Of a stretch of DNA of 41,778 bases, positions 1 to 9,574 are shown one piece after another. The DNA comes from an uncultured Ideonella sp. (GTDB taxonomy: Bacteria; Pseudomonadota; Gammaproteobacteria; Burkholderiales; Burkholderiaceae_C). The translations under genes were made by a program, and so were the position numbers. The notes below the pieces were generated by a model. That model searched no databases, had not been told where the DNA came from, and saw nothing but the letters and a program-made list of their open reading frames with translations. Location of the stretch: NCBI GenBank assembly GCA_964369025.1, contig CAYJEC010000001.1, positions 1 to 41,778 on the forward strand. Direction: 5' to 3'. Within the stretch, counting starts at the first letter, position 1, and the number at the start of each line of letters is the position of its first letter.

Positions 1-2546
1 CCTCCTCCTGGAGATTCAAACCTTACTGTATTGGTAGTGCTATCGTAAGTCCAAACATAACCATCTGTAGGACTTCCTACTATTACTTTGATATTATCAA
101 TATACTGAACGTTACTCTCGTCTATTTCTAATCCTGAACAGTTTATTAAAGTTACATTTGAATTGCCTGGATAAACTGTATTGTTATCACCTTTGATTAG
201 AATATTTGAACAGTTAGCGCCTACCTGATTCTCATTACCGGTTACCTGAACACCTACTGAACTATTAATGACGTTTCCGTTACCACCCTGCCAAATACCA
301 TTGATAACATTCTTAACTAGCATCTGGTCACCACCTCCACCACCACCATAGAAACTGTCTCCTCCTCCTCCGGTGTTATCCCCTCCGTTCCCCGTTCCGT
401 CCCCTAAAGTTGTATCGACTGAAACTACTAAGGCATCCACTAAATTAAGTTTAAGGAATTTACAAAGTGTTGTTGATTCACCGTTAGGTAAGTAGTCTGA
501 CACCTCAAGTAATCTATACCCTGCCTTATCTATCCAGTATATTTTTCTGAAGTCTAAGGTAGTAATGTCATAAGGTTTAAGTTTAATGTAACACTCCACA
601 TACTTAGAATCTCTATCACCTATTTCATTCCATTGTCTATAATGATATTTGTCATATAAAGTTCCGTTAACTGGTAAGTTTAATCCGTCCGGTGTGGTAT
701 GGAAATAAACACCCTGGTCACCAAATGTAAGGTCATTTGCTACTGTATCTAAAGGAGTATCTAAGAACCCTGCATAGGCATACTGAGTTAAGGTGGTATA
801 AGTCGATAACCCCGCATCATAGTATCTATAAGGCATACAGTCTAGTAACCCTCCAGCAAATGCTATGATAGGTTTAGGACTTCTTTCCTGACCTTCTCCA
901 TTATAAAGTGTCCGCATCAATACCATTTCCTTTTCAGAAAGGTACTGCAATGGTTCAAGGATAAAAGGTAATTCTAATTTCCTTGTCTCTTTTACAAAGT
1001 CATTATCAAATATCAGTCTTTTATATCCCCACGTTTCACCTACACTCTCATAGAATACTTTACTTATATCGTCATCATTCTTGTAGTAGTTAAAGTCTAT
1101 TTCTTTTACCGTTAATAACCCTTCAGGTTTAATTGTAAAGTCTTTTGAAGTATCTAGTTTATCTGTCCAATCAATTACATCGTCTGTAAAGTAATCGTCT
1201 CTAGGTTCTATTATATAAGTTCCGTTTACATCGGTGTCAATATACAGATTGAACATTTTAGCAAGTCCCATAATGAAATCTGTCTGCTTCATTGGTGGGA
1301 GTACATCTGCTACTGAACTTGTTGAACCGTATGGTATTTGTGCTTCAGGATAGAAAACAAACTCTAAAGGCAGTAACCCTGATAAGAAAGTTCCGGTAGT
1401 TGCAACTGCTACCCCGCCTGACTTTGCAGTACCTAAACACATCCTTATCTCATCACCTGCGAGTAGGTAAGTGCTTAATGATATTGACCCGTTCACATAG
1501 GTACTGGAATCTATTAAACTATCGCTACCTAGTATTGAATAAACTCCGGACCTCTTTAAGATTATTAGGTTGGTAATCTCTTTACCGGTACTACCGCCTC
1601 CGTCAACTTGGTAAAAGTACCTGTATTGTAAGTTCCAATATCCGTCATAGTCTACTGTAATTGTACCGTTAGCTGCCGTATACTGCCCTAAGTTATCCTG
1701 AACTACTGTATTAAATATCCATTGGTCACTATTGAATGTCGCTGATAGAGACCCTGCATTAAAAGATTCTGACTGATTTGTATTTCTTATTGCCTCTGCT
1801 TTATTGTTTGCCTGGGTAGCAGGGTCAATCACAAACTTACTCATATCTGATTCCATTATCAGAGATTTGAATAGTGATGAGGTTATAAATGCTGAACTAT
1901 ATTCTAATCCCGCATTACTCATTATTAAACTAAATATCTCATAACAGAACCACCACGGCTTAAAACTATTAAAGTCAACTGCCATGCCTCCCGTTGGCCC
2001 TCCGTTCCTCCATGTAAAGGACTTACCTCTATCCATCATAGGGTAGTACCCGCCTGAACCATCATTAGGGGTTAACCATGAGTTCTGAATGTCTGTATCG
2101 GTATAATCGAATGTTCCAAACCCTGTAATATCATTTAAGGTAAGGTTAGCAAGTCTACTCATTAGATCAGCGTTCTGACCATAGATTACTAATTCATAAA
2201 TTACTTTGTTATTCTCAAGTACTATTATCTCTGTCAGTTGGCAGTACCCTGAAATCTGAATATGTTGGTCTTGCGTATAATAACAGGTTGCTTTCTTTGC
2301 AGGGTTAAAGTCAGGGTTAAGTTGTTGAGCGTCCCTAATGTGAAAGTTTACATCGAATAAAGCTGCGAATATTCCATCATTATTCTTACTCCCTGGTATC
2401 TGTACTGTCTTTGTATAATCACTTAACCTCTTACTAGGGTCTTCGATTGAATAAATATTTTTGGTTATACTAATGTCAATGTCCTCAATTGTATCAATTG
2501 AGAATAAAGTGTCATAGTTATAGCCTATCAGTAGTTCATTCCTCAT
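1..2546 (-). CDS. Large tail protein (hub/tip-like), truncated at the left window edge; not in the ORF track
   Basis: ATG at 2546 overlaps the upstream TGA (ATGA). It begins MRNELLIGYNYDTLFSIDTIEDIDISITKNIYSIEDPSKRLSDYTKTVQIPGSKNND, resembling Bacteroidota phage tail proteins. I translated both ends in the same frame; the last part has a Gly-rich linker and GNxN repeats and runs off position 1. Confidence 0.75.
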   Translation of the reverse strand, partial: MRNELLIGYNYDTLFSIDTIEDIDISITKNIYSIEDPSKRLSDYTKTVQIPGSKNNDGIFAALFDVNFHIRDAQQLNPDFNPAKKATCYYTQDQHIQISGYCQLTEIIVLENNKVIYELVIYGQNADLMSRLANLTLNDITGFGTFDYTDTDIQNSWLTPNDGSGGYYPMMDRGKSFTWRNGGPTGGMAVDFNSFKPWWFCYEIFSLIMSNAGLEYSSAFITSSLFKSLIMESDMSKFVIDPATQANNKAEAIRNTNQSESFNAGSLSATFNSDQWIFNTVVQDNLGQYTAANGTITVDYDGYWNLQYRYFYQVDGGGSTGKEITNLIILKRSGVYSILGSDSLIDSSTYVNGSISLSTYLLAGDEIRMCLGTAKSGGVAVATTGTFLSGLLPLEFVFYPEAQIPYGSTSSVADVLPPMKQTDFIMGLAKMFNLYIDTDVNGTYIIEPRDDYFTDDVIDWTDKLDTSKDFTIKPEGLLTVKEIDFNYYKNDDDISKVFYESVGETWGYKRLIFDNDFVKETRKLELPFILEPLQYLSEKEMVLMRTLYNGEGQERSPKPIIAFAGGLLDCMPYRYYDAGLSTYTTLTQYAYAGFLDTPLDTVANDLTFGDQGVYFHTTPDGLNLPVNGTLYDKYHYRQWNEIGDRDSKYVECYIKLKPYDITTLDFRKIYWIDKAGYRLLEVSDYLPNGESTTLCKFLKLNLVDALVVSVDTTLGDGTGNGGDNTGGGGDSFYGGGGGGDQMLVKNVINGIWQGGNGNVINSSVGVQVTGNENQVGANCSNILIKGDNNTVYPGNSNVTLINCSGLEIDESNVQYIDNIKVIVGSPTDGYVWTYDSTTNTVRFESPGG

Positions 2547-3778
2547 AACCTTTGACGCTGAGTAAGGGTGCTTAAAGTAATATCTATTTCAATGTTGAAT
2601 AGTTTTTCAACTTCTGTCTTTTTAGCTTGATAAGTAGAATTGTCTACTGTTACCGCTACAAAAGTATTACCTGAGTTAATAGGTGCTATCATGTAAACCA
2701 ATGGACTTGCTATGAGTTCTTTTAACCATTCGGCAGTATCATTATCTACAAACCCCGACCTTAGTCTGTACTTCTGTTCTACCTTTGAATGGAATACACT
2801 TGTCTCTTGTTGGTAAGTGTTATAGGTAAATGTACTTGCGGTCAGTACCCCTAATAGTTTATTGTACCTTGCTTTAGTGGATTGAATACTATCGTCTCTG
2901 ATAAAATCAAAGTTGAAAGCATCAAACCGGCCTAACGAGTTCAGGAAATAAAGACGGGTATAAGTATCATCCCTTGTACAACTTCTATCTAATTCAAACT
3001 CTTTCCATTCTAATGTCTGAGTGTCTACTGAGTTAAATGATGCTACTCTGTAATGATGAACGCTATCAGTTATTAAAGGTTGTGAACCGGTTGTAAGTGA
3101 TGTATTGTTTAAATCTTCAGGCCCAACAAGTATAGACATGAACCTTGCACTATCTGTTGCGAGTGCGGTGTAAGGATTACTTTTAGTTGCAGTCTGAATT
3201 AAAGTACCAGCACTATTATAAGTTTCTATTTTAAGATTGTCCAGGTTGGTATCTATTGCGCTACCTGCATCTATTGTACCTAATTCATAACTATCCCCTA
3301 TTCTTATTTTAATCCTTGTTGGTTGGTTGGTTAGCCAGTGCCTTGATGAGTTACTTGCATACCTATCCCCTAATCTAAAGTTTACATAGTCTTGCCAGTT
3401 CATTGCTGAATTGACCGCTATGACATAACTAGATACCCCACTTGCATGAAATACTAACTGAGGGTGTTCCTCAATAACTTTTAACTGAAACTTTTTAAAT
3501 ACATTCACCCCTAACTGCCAACCGGTAGTCCCTGCGATAAGATTAGATATGTCATAGCTTAGATACTTCTCAATAGTACGGTGAGCGTCAAACAAAAGAT
3601 TTCCGTATGTAGGTTGCTTTAGATTAATGAATGATGCTATGGTGTCTCCGTTCTCGTCTAACAGTTCACTATTAAATCTGAATTGAGTGTTATGTGATGC
3701 AGTTGAACTAACAACAAAGTTCATAGGGTCAAACCCTGAAGATATAGCGTCCGGTATCTGAAGGAATGATATACTCAT
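2543..3778 (-). CDS. Virion structural/tail protein
   Basis: 411 aa with C-terminal 'LYFLNSLGRFDAFNF...SGFVD...WLKELIASPLVY', typical of distal tail-type proteins of Bacteroidota phages; context. Confidence 0.65.
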   Translation of the reverse strand: MSISFLQIPDAISSGFDPMNFVVSSTASHNTQFRFNSELLDENGDTIASFINLKQPTYGNLLFDAHRTIEKYLSYDISNLIAGTTGWQLGVNVFKKFQLKVIEEHPQLVFHASGVSSYVIAVNSAMNWQDYVNFRLGDRYASNSSRHWLTNQPTRIKIRIGDSYELGTIDAGSAIDTNLDNLKIETYNSAGTLIQTATKSNPYTALATDSARFMSILVGPEDLNNTSLTTGSQPLITDSVHHYRVASFNSVDTQTLEWKEFELDRSCTRDDTYTRLYFLNSLGRFDAFNFDFIRDDSIQSTKARYNKLLGVLTASTFTYNTYQQETSVFHSKVEQKYRLRSGFVDNDTAEWLKELIASPLVYMIAPINSGNTFVAVTVDNSTYQAKKTEVEKLFNIEIDITLSTLTQRQRL

Positions 3779-3785
3779 ACACTCC

Positions 3786-3814
3786 TAATATACAAAAACA
3801 GTAGGGTAGTGTAA
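3786..3814 (-). promoter_or_regulatory. Putative phage late promoter (copy A)
   Basis: TTACA-N15-TGTATATTA, 7 nt before the ATG at 3778; similar to the copies at 37122 and 39902. Confidence 0.55.
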
Positions 3815-3816
3815 TG

Positions 3817-3841
3817 AAAAAGCCCCGAATAAACGAGGCTT
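3817..3841 (-). terminator. Intrinsic terminator
   Basis: AAGCCTCG-tttatt-CGGGGCTT followed by T residues on the minus strand, downstream of the DUF2829 gene. Confidence 0.65.
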
Positions 3842-3876
3842 ACATCAATTTCCCAAAGTATCAAAATGGGAATAAG

Positions 3877-4176
3877 TTAATCTAATATACACCAATCCTC
3901 TGCAAGTATGTCGGTTTGACTTGCTAACCATCCGGTAACAGTTGACCCATCTGCTGCCTTCATATTTAAATTAGGCATTCGTGTAATACTTCCATCGTCT
4001 CCTTTTTCAAATAGTACCCCACTTACACCTCCAATTGACTCAGGAATGTCATTTCTGTCAATAGAACCTTTGTTCATCCACACCAACATATTTTTACCAT
4101 TCCATCCTTCTCTTGCTATTGCCTTACCGTTCTTAACGGATTCGATAGCTTGTCCAAAATTTTGATTTGTTGTCAT
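3877..4176 (-). CDS. tad2: DUF2829 / Thoeris anti-defence Tad2-like sponge protein
   Basis: Motifs FGQAIESVKNG..AREGWNGKNM and W.ASQTDILAEDW are characteristic of the DUF2829/Tad2 family. Confidence 0.75.
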   Translation of the reverse strand: MTTNQNFGQAIESVKNGKAIAREGWNGKNMLVWMNKGSIDRNDIPESIGGVSGVLFEKGDDGSITRMPNLNMKAADGSTVTGWLASQTDILAEDWCILD

Positions 4177-4193
4177 TTTATTTATGTTAAATT

Positions 4194-4769
4194 TTACTTA
4201 AAGTCTGCTAATATTCTTATCTCCACTTCAGCACCTAAAGCATTCTGTAACTTATCGGTTAGTCTTTTAAATCCGTACTCATTGAATACATCGGAATAGA
4301 AACGAGTTCCAGTAATACCTTTTCTCTTTATAAAGTAACTCATTCGCTTTGCTAACCTTAGATTAGCATCCTTATTACTTTCTCTTGGATTCCTTTTAGA
4401 CTTAGTGACCGGTATTCCTTTTCTTGCTATGTAGTCAGATAATGACTTAATCATTGCAGGGGGAGTTCCTAAGTTCTTATATTTAAACCCTTGAGGGTAA
4501 TCTTTTGAAACATAAGTTTTAGATCGGTTGTTAACTCCTTTAACTCCTAAGTCAACATATATCCAATAGTCATTAAGATTCCAGATAGCGGTAGTTCCCT
4601 GAACACTTACCTTAGTTCCTGTCCAGTCTATTGATTGAGATAAGGCAATGTCTCTATTAGAGACTAACCTTTGAGATAGTAGCTTCTTCATTTGAACTGT
4701 TGCCTCATTACCCCACTCCTGAAGTATTGATGCCGTTGTTTGAATTATCTCTTGGTTAATGTTTGCCAT
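4194..4769 (-). CDS. Neck/tail completion protein
   Basis: 'DYWIYVDLGVKG', 'PP..I..YIARKGI' and 'IKRKGITGTRFYS' motifs of phage neck/tail completion proteins; basic composition. Confidence 0.6.
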   Translation of the reverse strand: MANINQEIIQTTASILQEWGNEATVQMKKLLSQRLVSNRDIALSQSIDWTGTKVSVQGTTAIWNLNDYWIYVDLGVKGVNNRSKTYVSKDYPQGFKYKNLGTPPAMIKSLSDYIARKGIPVTKSKRNPRESNKDANLRLAKRMSYFIKRKGITGTRFYSDVFNEYGFKRLTDKLQNALGAEVEIRILADFK

Positions 4770-5478
4770 TACTTCTTCTCATTATCTACCCTATCCTGAA
4801 CATAGGCTAAGTGGTTTAGAAACTCAAATATACTCATTTTAAAATAATAATCAAATTTACTTCTGTCACCATTTGCAAATACCTTGTCTATGATTGCATA
4901 CCAACCCCACTTCTCCCCAAACCAATTACCTTCGCCTTCCGATTCGCTAACCGTTTCATTATTGAAAAGAACTTTGTACTGGTCGATAATTTTGCGTTGA
5001 CAAGTGCAAAAAAAAACCCTATCGGATATGCAGTTACTATACTTAGGTTGTCTTGGAATAACTTTGCCCGTCTGTCAAACTCATCTAACTGAACGTCTTC
5101 ACCTTTTACTTTATAGCATAAGGTCGCTAAGATTAAGTGAAGGTTGTTTATTATTTGACTACTGTCCTTTGTTAAGTTACTCATTGAGATAAACTGTTCA
5201 GTATTCCATTCTGTCACCTCCTGAGTAACATAGAATAACTCATCCCCACAATGGAAAGACTTAACCCACTCATCAGGCATCTGGAAACTATTTAACCATT
5301 CAAACTTCTTAATGACCTTTTGAAAGTCTGTAAACTTCATTCGCTTATAATCCTCTTTTGTCTTATCAGTAAACAAAGGTAGTATGTTATACCATTGGGC
5401 TATCTCATTGTCGGGATTCATTTCAATAGCTGCCTGAATCTCCTGGAACTTTAATATGGTGATGTCGTTAATTGTCAT
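4769..5478 (-). CDS. Tail assembly chaperone, -1 frameshift-extended product
   Basis: The -1 frame after the T9 run reads CTCQRKIIDQYKVLF...FGEKWGWYAIIDKVFANGDRSKFDYYFKMSIFEFLNHLAYVQDRVDNEKK* and ends at a TAA (4769-4771) overlapping the next ATG. Confidence 0.7.
4888..5478 (-). CDS. Tail assembly chaperone, short (frame 0) product
   Basis: 196 aa containing GGG TTT TTT TTT (5008-5019), with an open -1 frame beyond it. Confidence 0.6.
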   Translation of the reverse strand: MTINDITILKFQEIQAAIEMNPDNEIAQWYNILPLFTDKTKEDYKRMKFTDFQKVIKKFEWLNSFQMPDEWVKSFHCGDELFYVTQEVTEWNTEQFISMSNLTKDSSQIINNLHLILATLCYKVKGEDVQLDEFDRRAKLFQDNLSIVTAYPIGFFFALVNAKLSTSTKFFSIMKRLANRKAKVIGLGRSGVGMQS

Positions 5479-5855
5479 TGAACAAGTAAATTGATATTGT
5501 GGATTGAACCTTTGCCTTTATAAAGTGTTATCCCTCCCTTCTTAACATATACAAATAAAGTGTCATAAGGTGATACCTTGTAGGTAATATCCTTAATTAA
5601 AGTGTCATCTACTGTTATTTTCTTTGCTCCGTCCCAAACTACCTTCTTAATAAATGTATCACCTTCATATACTTTATACCCTGCAATAGGAAAGTATTGT
5701 TGAAGTCCTTGTTGGGTCTTGTGGTAAAATGAATACTGAACTAAGTATGATCGTGGAAATAGTTTTACAGGTTCAGGTTGAGGTGCTGGAGCAGGTTCAT
5801 CCTTTTCACAACTGATTAGTAAAATAGACAGTAAAAGGAATAATTTAGATTTCAT
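5475..5855 (-). CDS. Predicted lipoprotein
   Basis: Signal peptide and lipobox MKSKLFLLLSILLIS-C-EKDE, then a Pro-rich linker; TAACTTTG promoter element at 5860-5867. Confidence 0.65.
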   Translation of the reverse strand: MKSKLFLLLSILLISCEKDEPAPAPQPEPVKLFPRSYLVQYSFYHKTQQGLQQYFPIAGYKVYEGDTFIKKVVWDGAKKITVDDTLIKDITYKVSPYDTLFVYVKKGGITLYKGKGSIHNINLLVQ

Positions 5856-6000
5856 CTTTCAAAGTTAATATATTTTCAACACCATTCATAATTCTTTTAT
5901 GAGCAGACGAGCATCGGAATGAGTTTACATTCTTATACCCGAATGCCTTTGCAATTATCTTGTGAGTTAGTTTTTTATTTTTAAGGTTCGGGTAATTCAT
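5845..6000 (-). CDS. Small HTH-like protein (51 aa); not in the ORF track
   Basis: MNYPNLKNKKLTHKIIAKAFGYKNVNSFRCSSAHKRIMNGVENILTLKDEI; ATGA overlap with the upstream gene. Confidence 0.55.
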   Translation of the reverse strand: MNYPNLKNKKLTHKIIAKAFGYKNVNSFRCSSAHKRIMNGVENILTLKDEI

Positions 6001-6398
6001 TTTTTAGAATGTCCTTGATTAATCAACCTAAACTTATTTTTATTATCTGCACTATTATTGAATATCTGAAAAGTAGACTTCTTTTTCATCTGCGCCCTAT
6101 ATCTATTTGATTTCCCCATTCTTGTATTTTCATCTAAATTTCTAAAGGCTCTCTTCTTATACTCAGTAAACATATAAGCATCAATGCATGGCTTACTAAT
6201 AACTAGGTCACCTACAATACCTAATTCATCCAATATATCATCGGTGAAAGATATTTTTTCATAGTGATAATATATCTTAACAAGTGAGCGAGGCGATATA
6301 CTTAATACATTAGAGACCAATTGATTTTCTAAATATCCAAAAGGAAGTCCAGTTATAACTGACTTTCTACTTAATTTCCTTAATAATATATTTTCCAT
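5997..6398 (-). CDS. Hypothetical protein
   Basis: 133-aa ORF with TATATTTG promoter element at 6403-6410. Confidence 0.55.
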   Translation of the reverse strand: MENILLRKLSRKSVITGLPFGYLENQLVSNVLSISPRSLVKIYYHYEKISFTDDILDELGIVGDLVISKPCIDAYMFTEYKKRAFRNLDENTRMGKSNRYRAQMKKKSTFQIFNNSADNKNKFRLINQGHSKK

Positions 6399-6448
6399 AA
6401 TGCAAATATAGTGTTTATTGTAGTATATACTACTATTAATTTAATCTT

Positions 6449-7792
6449 TTATACTATTCGGTACTTACCAGTTCCCATTCTGTATTCATAGAACGCTCTC
6501 ATCAATAGAACGTCCCTCCAATCTGGTGACCGGCCTATGTGTGATTTTATCTTTTCTTTTGGTAGTATTCTTAGCTTACCGTCCGAATCTTCTTTAAATG
6601 TCTTTAGCCATTCAATGTCCTCTATCAGTTCTTCTTTATGGGTGTTCTCTAACTCACATTCAATATGGATATGGTTTGAGTTTATTATTTCTGCTAACTT
6701 ATAACCACATTGAGACTGTAAGTTAAAGTAGTTTTCATCCTGACCACTAATAGGATTTATTAAGGGTTTAGAGTTGTTAACGAATCCAGTGATTCCACAA
6801 TTATCTACCACCCCACCACCTACACCGTCCTCATCTGCGATGCAATGATACTTAGCTATTGAGTGTTTAGACCTCATGGTATTAATACATTGTTGAATCT
6901 CGGTAGTTCTACTCACATCAAAGACATGGCACTCAATAAGCACCCATCCATCCCAAACACATACAATAGCTTTATCACTCCCTAATCGTGCTATGTCGGC
7001 AGTTATATACTTTATTCCCGTTCTCTTAACGTGGTTATTATCAAACATGGCTAAAATGTTTTCATACTCACATAATACCGTAGGGTCATCGTCATATTCC
7101 CAATTACCAAACAATAGCCTTTCCTTTTGATTCTTTGACAAAACCCTCATTAGATTATCAAGATACCCTGACTGCAACATCTTGTTGTCTGTTGGTAAGG
7201 CTTGAATAAATTTAGTGCCAGGGCTTAATAGATTTGATTTACTGTCCTTGTAATATCTATAAAGGTAATTCTTTGCAGGGTTGCACGTTTGCAGTATCTT
7301 ACCATTTATTCCATACTCATCATTTTTCCATCTGCCTACTGATGCTGCAAGGTTATTCTTTGCGTCTTCCTCAAACTCTCCGGCCTCCTCTATCCACCCT
7401 CTTGTCATTTGCATTGACCCGAATCTGTAATAGTCAGGGTCTGAAGGTTGATACTTTCCGTCTATTAAGAATACCTTACTACCGTTATGAAGTGTAAAGT
7501 AGTTATCCATCCCGTTAAAGGTGTAGTACTCTTTGCCTATTCCCCAATGAGCAAATACCTCATGTATAGAAGGGATAGTATATTTACGAATGTTGTTCAG
7601 TTCTTTTCTTGCAATGAAGTAATGGGTTTCAGGATATAAGAACGCATCCCCAAAAATTAGATTAACACCGGTGTAAGACTTAGCAGAACCTTTTGACCCT
7701 CCATAAACAATGTCATTTACTGAGTTGTCTACCCAATGCTTTGCACATAATTTCTGTTTCTCATTCCCTTTAGTGTCAAAGACTAACTTCAT
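6449..7792 (-). CDS. terL: Terminase large subunit
   Basis: Walker A-like YGGSKGSAKS, Walker B GWIEEAGE, coupling motif TCNP, nuclease ADIARLGSD and GRSPDWRD. Confidence 0.92.
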   Translation of the reverse strand: MKLVFDTKGNEKQKLCAKHWVDNSVNDIVYGGSKGSAKSYTGVNLIFGDAFLYPETHYFIARKELNNIRKYTIPSIHEVFAHWGIGKEYYTFNGMDNYFTLHNGSKVFLIDGKYQPSDPDYYRFGSMQMTRGWIEEAGEFEEDAKNNLAASVGRWKNDEYGINGKILQTCNPAKNYLYRYYKDSKSNLLSPGTKFIQALPTDNKMLQSGYLDNLMRVLSKNQKERLLFGNWEYDDDPTVLCEYENILAMFDNNHVKRTGIKYITADIARLGSDKAIVCVWDGWVLIECHVFDVSRTTEIQQCINTMRSKHSIAKYHCIADEDGVGGGVVDNCGITGFVNNSKPLINPISGQDENYFNLQSQCGYKLAEIINSNHIHIECELENTHKEELIEDIEWLKTFKEDSDGKLRILPKEKIKSHIGRSPDWRDVLLMRAFYEYRMGTGKYRIV

Positions 7793-8217
7793 TTTATTTC
7801 CATTCCAGTAATCTGTTCTACTTTAAGTTCAGTTTTATTTTCACTCTTATCGACTAAGCCATTTAGCCTTTGAGTTATTGAGGGATTATAAACTCCGGCC
7901 ATGCCTCCCTCTATTTGGTCTTGACGTATAATTGTCTTTATTACGCGACAGATACCCATATATTCCTTATATAGATTGTCTTGATTAGTAAAATATTGTT
8001 CTAATGACTTAATTATACCATTGCGGTAGCACCATATCTCAAACCCTTCAAAAGACAGACACCGTTCCTTCTTTCTTTGAACCTCCATTGCCTTCGGCCC
8101 TATGAAGTCATGTTCTTTAAATGGGTTGCTCTTTGCCCACTTGACATACTGATTAAAGTAGTCTTCTAATAGTTCAGGGGTCGGTATCAGTTTAGGTTTA
8201 GGCATTCTTATACTCAT
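7789..8217 (-). CDS. terS: Terminase small subunit (P22 gp3-like)
   Basis: TPELLEDYFNQY...LSFEGF...GGMAGVYNPSITQRLNGL; directly upstream of terL. Confidence 0.85.
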   Translation of the reverse strand: MSIRMPKPKLIPTPELLEDYFNQYVKWAKSNPFKEHDFIGPKAMEVQRKKERCLSFEGFEIWCYRNGIIKSLEQYFTNQDNLYKEYMGICRVIKTIIRQDQIEGGMAGVYNPSITQRLNGLVDKSENKTELKVEQITGMEIK

Positions 8218-8479
8218 TCAACAATTCGCAAAGCTGAATAAAGGTTATGTTTTGAATAGGGCTTGATTTAATTGCTGGGTCTATTCCTTTTGAGTTAAGG
8301 AATTGTTCAGGTGATAGTGCATTTACTTTCTTAGACCAATCCAATACATCGGGGAATCCGTCTGTAATCTCTTTCTTTAGCTTTTCGTTCTCTGCCTTTA
8401 ATTGAGTTAACTCGTCTTTTGCAAATGATTCTTTTACTTCCGGTTCTTCTTGCTGTGTTACTTTCTTTGGTCGTGCCAT
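8198..8479 (-). CDS. Hypothetical protein
   Basis: 93-aa ORF starting MARPKK, with a coiled segment; overlaps terS. Confidence 0.6.
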   Translation of the reverse strand: MARPKKVTQQEEPEVKESFAKDELTQLKAENEKLKKEITDGFPDVLDWSKKVNALSPEQFLNSKGIDPAIKSSPIQNITFIQLCELLNEYKNA

Positions 8480-8499
8480 GATGTTTTATTATTAATTGT

Positions 8500-8604
8500 T
8501 TAATTACCGTTTATCCATAAATAGAAAACTCCAAAGGTTATAAATGCAGTTACTATCGTTAGGATTATGTTCTTTGTGTTTGTGTTAATGTTGTATGCTC
8601 TCAT
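8500..8604 (-). CDS. Small single-TM peptide (34 aa); not in the ORF track
   Basis: MRAYNINTNTKNIILTIVTAFITFGVFYLWINGN fills the gap between genes. Confidence 0.35.
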   Translation of the reverse strand: MRAYNINTNTKNIILTIVTAFITFGVFYLWINGN

Positions 8605-9574
8605 ATAGTTCATCCATTAAAGTTTGTTTTCTTTTTACTATGTCGTTTAGTTCCTCAATATCTACACCGTTATAAGCAGTAACTCCCCAAAGGTGCTTAA
8701 CCCCACTTGATGTTAAGGTGTATTCTTGTTGTTGGTTTTCTCGGTGTTTCATCCACACTACCTCTGTAGGTATTTGATATACTTTCTTTCCGGTTGCTAA
8801 GTGCCAATATCCAAACCATTGACCAGGTTCATAACCTAATCTATGGATAACGTCCGGTGCTGAATGATTGAATAGGATTGAATTAACCTCTGTTTCTGCA
8901 TTACGTTTGCCGTAGGTATGAAAACTCTCCTGATTGAATCCCATTGCTTGATGAAAGACTGAGTTTGCTATTGGTTTATGCCTCAATAGATTTGCCTCTG
9001 TCATTTCGGTATCTCTGTAACTATGATGATACTCCCCTTTAGGCATTGGGCTATTAGCTTTTACCATTATGTGATTAGGGTGTCCGTCTTGGATTATCAT
9101 GTTAGGGTAAAAGTCATAGTTCTCATTATACATTTTGACTAATTCTTTTGCATCTAACCAGTTTTGTAGTTTATACATCGCACCGGCTGGATGGATATAC
9201 TGACCACCTGATAACCTTAAATAGCTACCGGCCATATCATACCCCTCATTGATTAAGTTTTCGTAGTAGTCTAACCAACTGTCATCTATTGGGAATGAAT
9301 CTGATTCTAAAGTAATGAAGTACGGAGTGATAATGCTTTTAAAGTTCTCAATTAAATAATCAAAGCCTAATCCATGTGATTGCATTAGTTCAGTAGGGTA
9401 AGATACTATAATGATGTTTGGGTCATTAGGGATTAAGTCTACCCCCTCTCCGTTTGAATTGTCAACTATTAGTATATCAACTTCGTGCTTGCCTTTATGC
9501 TTTTGTATTTGATGAACACAATAAGCAGTCATTTTACCAGTTTTAAAATGCGGAATGAGGATTGAGAATTTCAT
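8585..9574 (-). CDS. Glycosyltransferase, GT-A fold (GT2-like)
   Basis: KFSILIPHF N-terminus, ILIVDNS, DxD-like LESDSFP. Confidence 0.75.
   Translation of the reverse strand: MKFSILIPHFKTGKMTAYCVHQIQKHKGKHEVDILIVDNSNGEGVDLIPNDPNIIIVSYPTELMQSHGLGFDYLIENFKSIITPYFITLESDSFPIDDSWLDYYENLINEGYDMAGSYLRLSGGQYIHPAGAMYKLQNWLDAKELVKMYNENYDFYPNMIIQDGHPNHIMVKANSPMPKGEYHHSYRDTEMTEANLLRHKPIANSVFHQAMGFNQESFHTYGKRNAETEVNSILFNHSAPDVIHRLGYEPGQWFGYWHLATGKKVYQIPTEVVWMKHRENQQQEYTLTSSGVKHLWGVTAYNGVDIEELNDIVKRKQTLMDELYESIQH

Noticed and set aside
325-405. CCA/CCT trinucleotide repeats
   Set aside because: They simply encode a Gly-rich linker in the tail protein.
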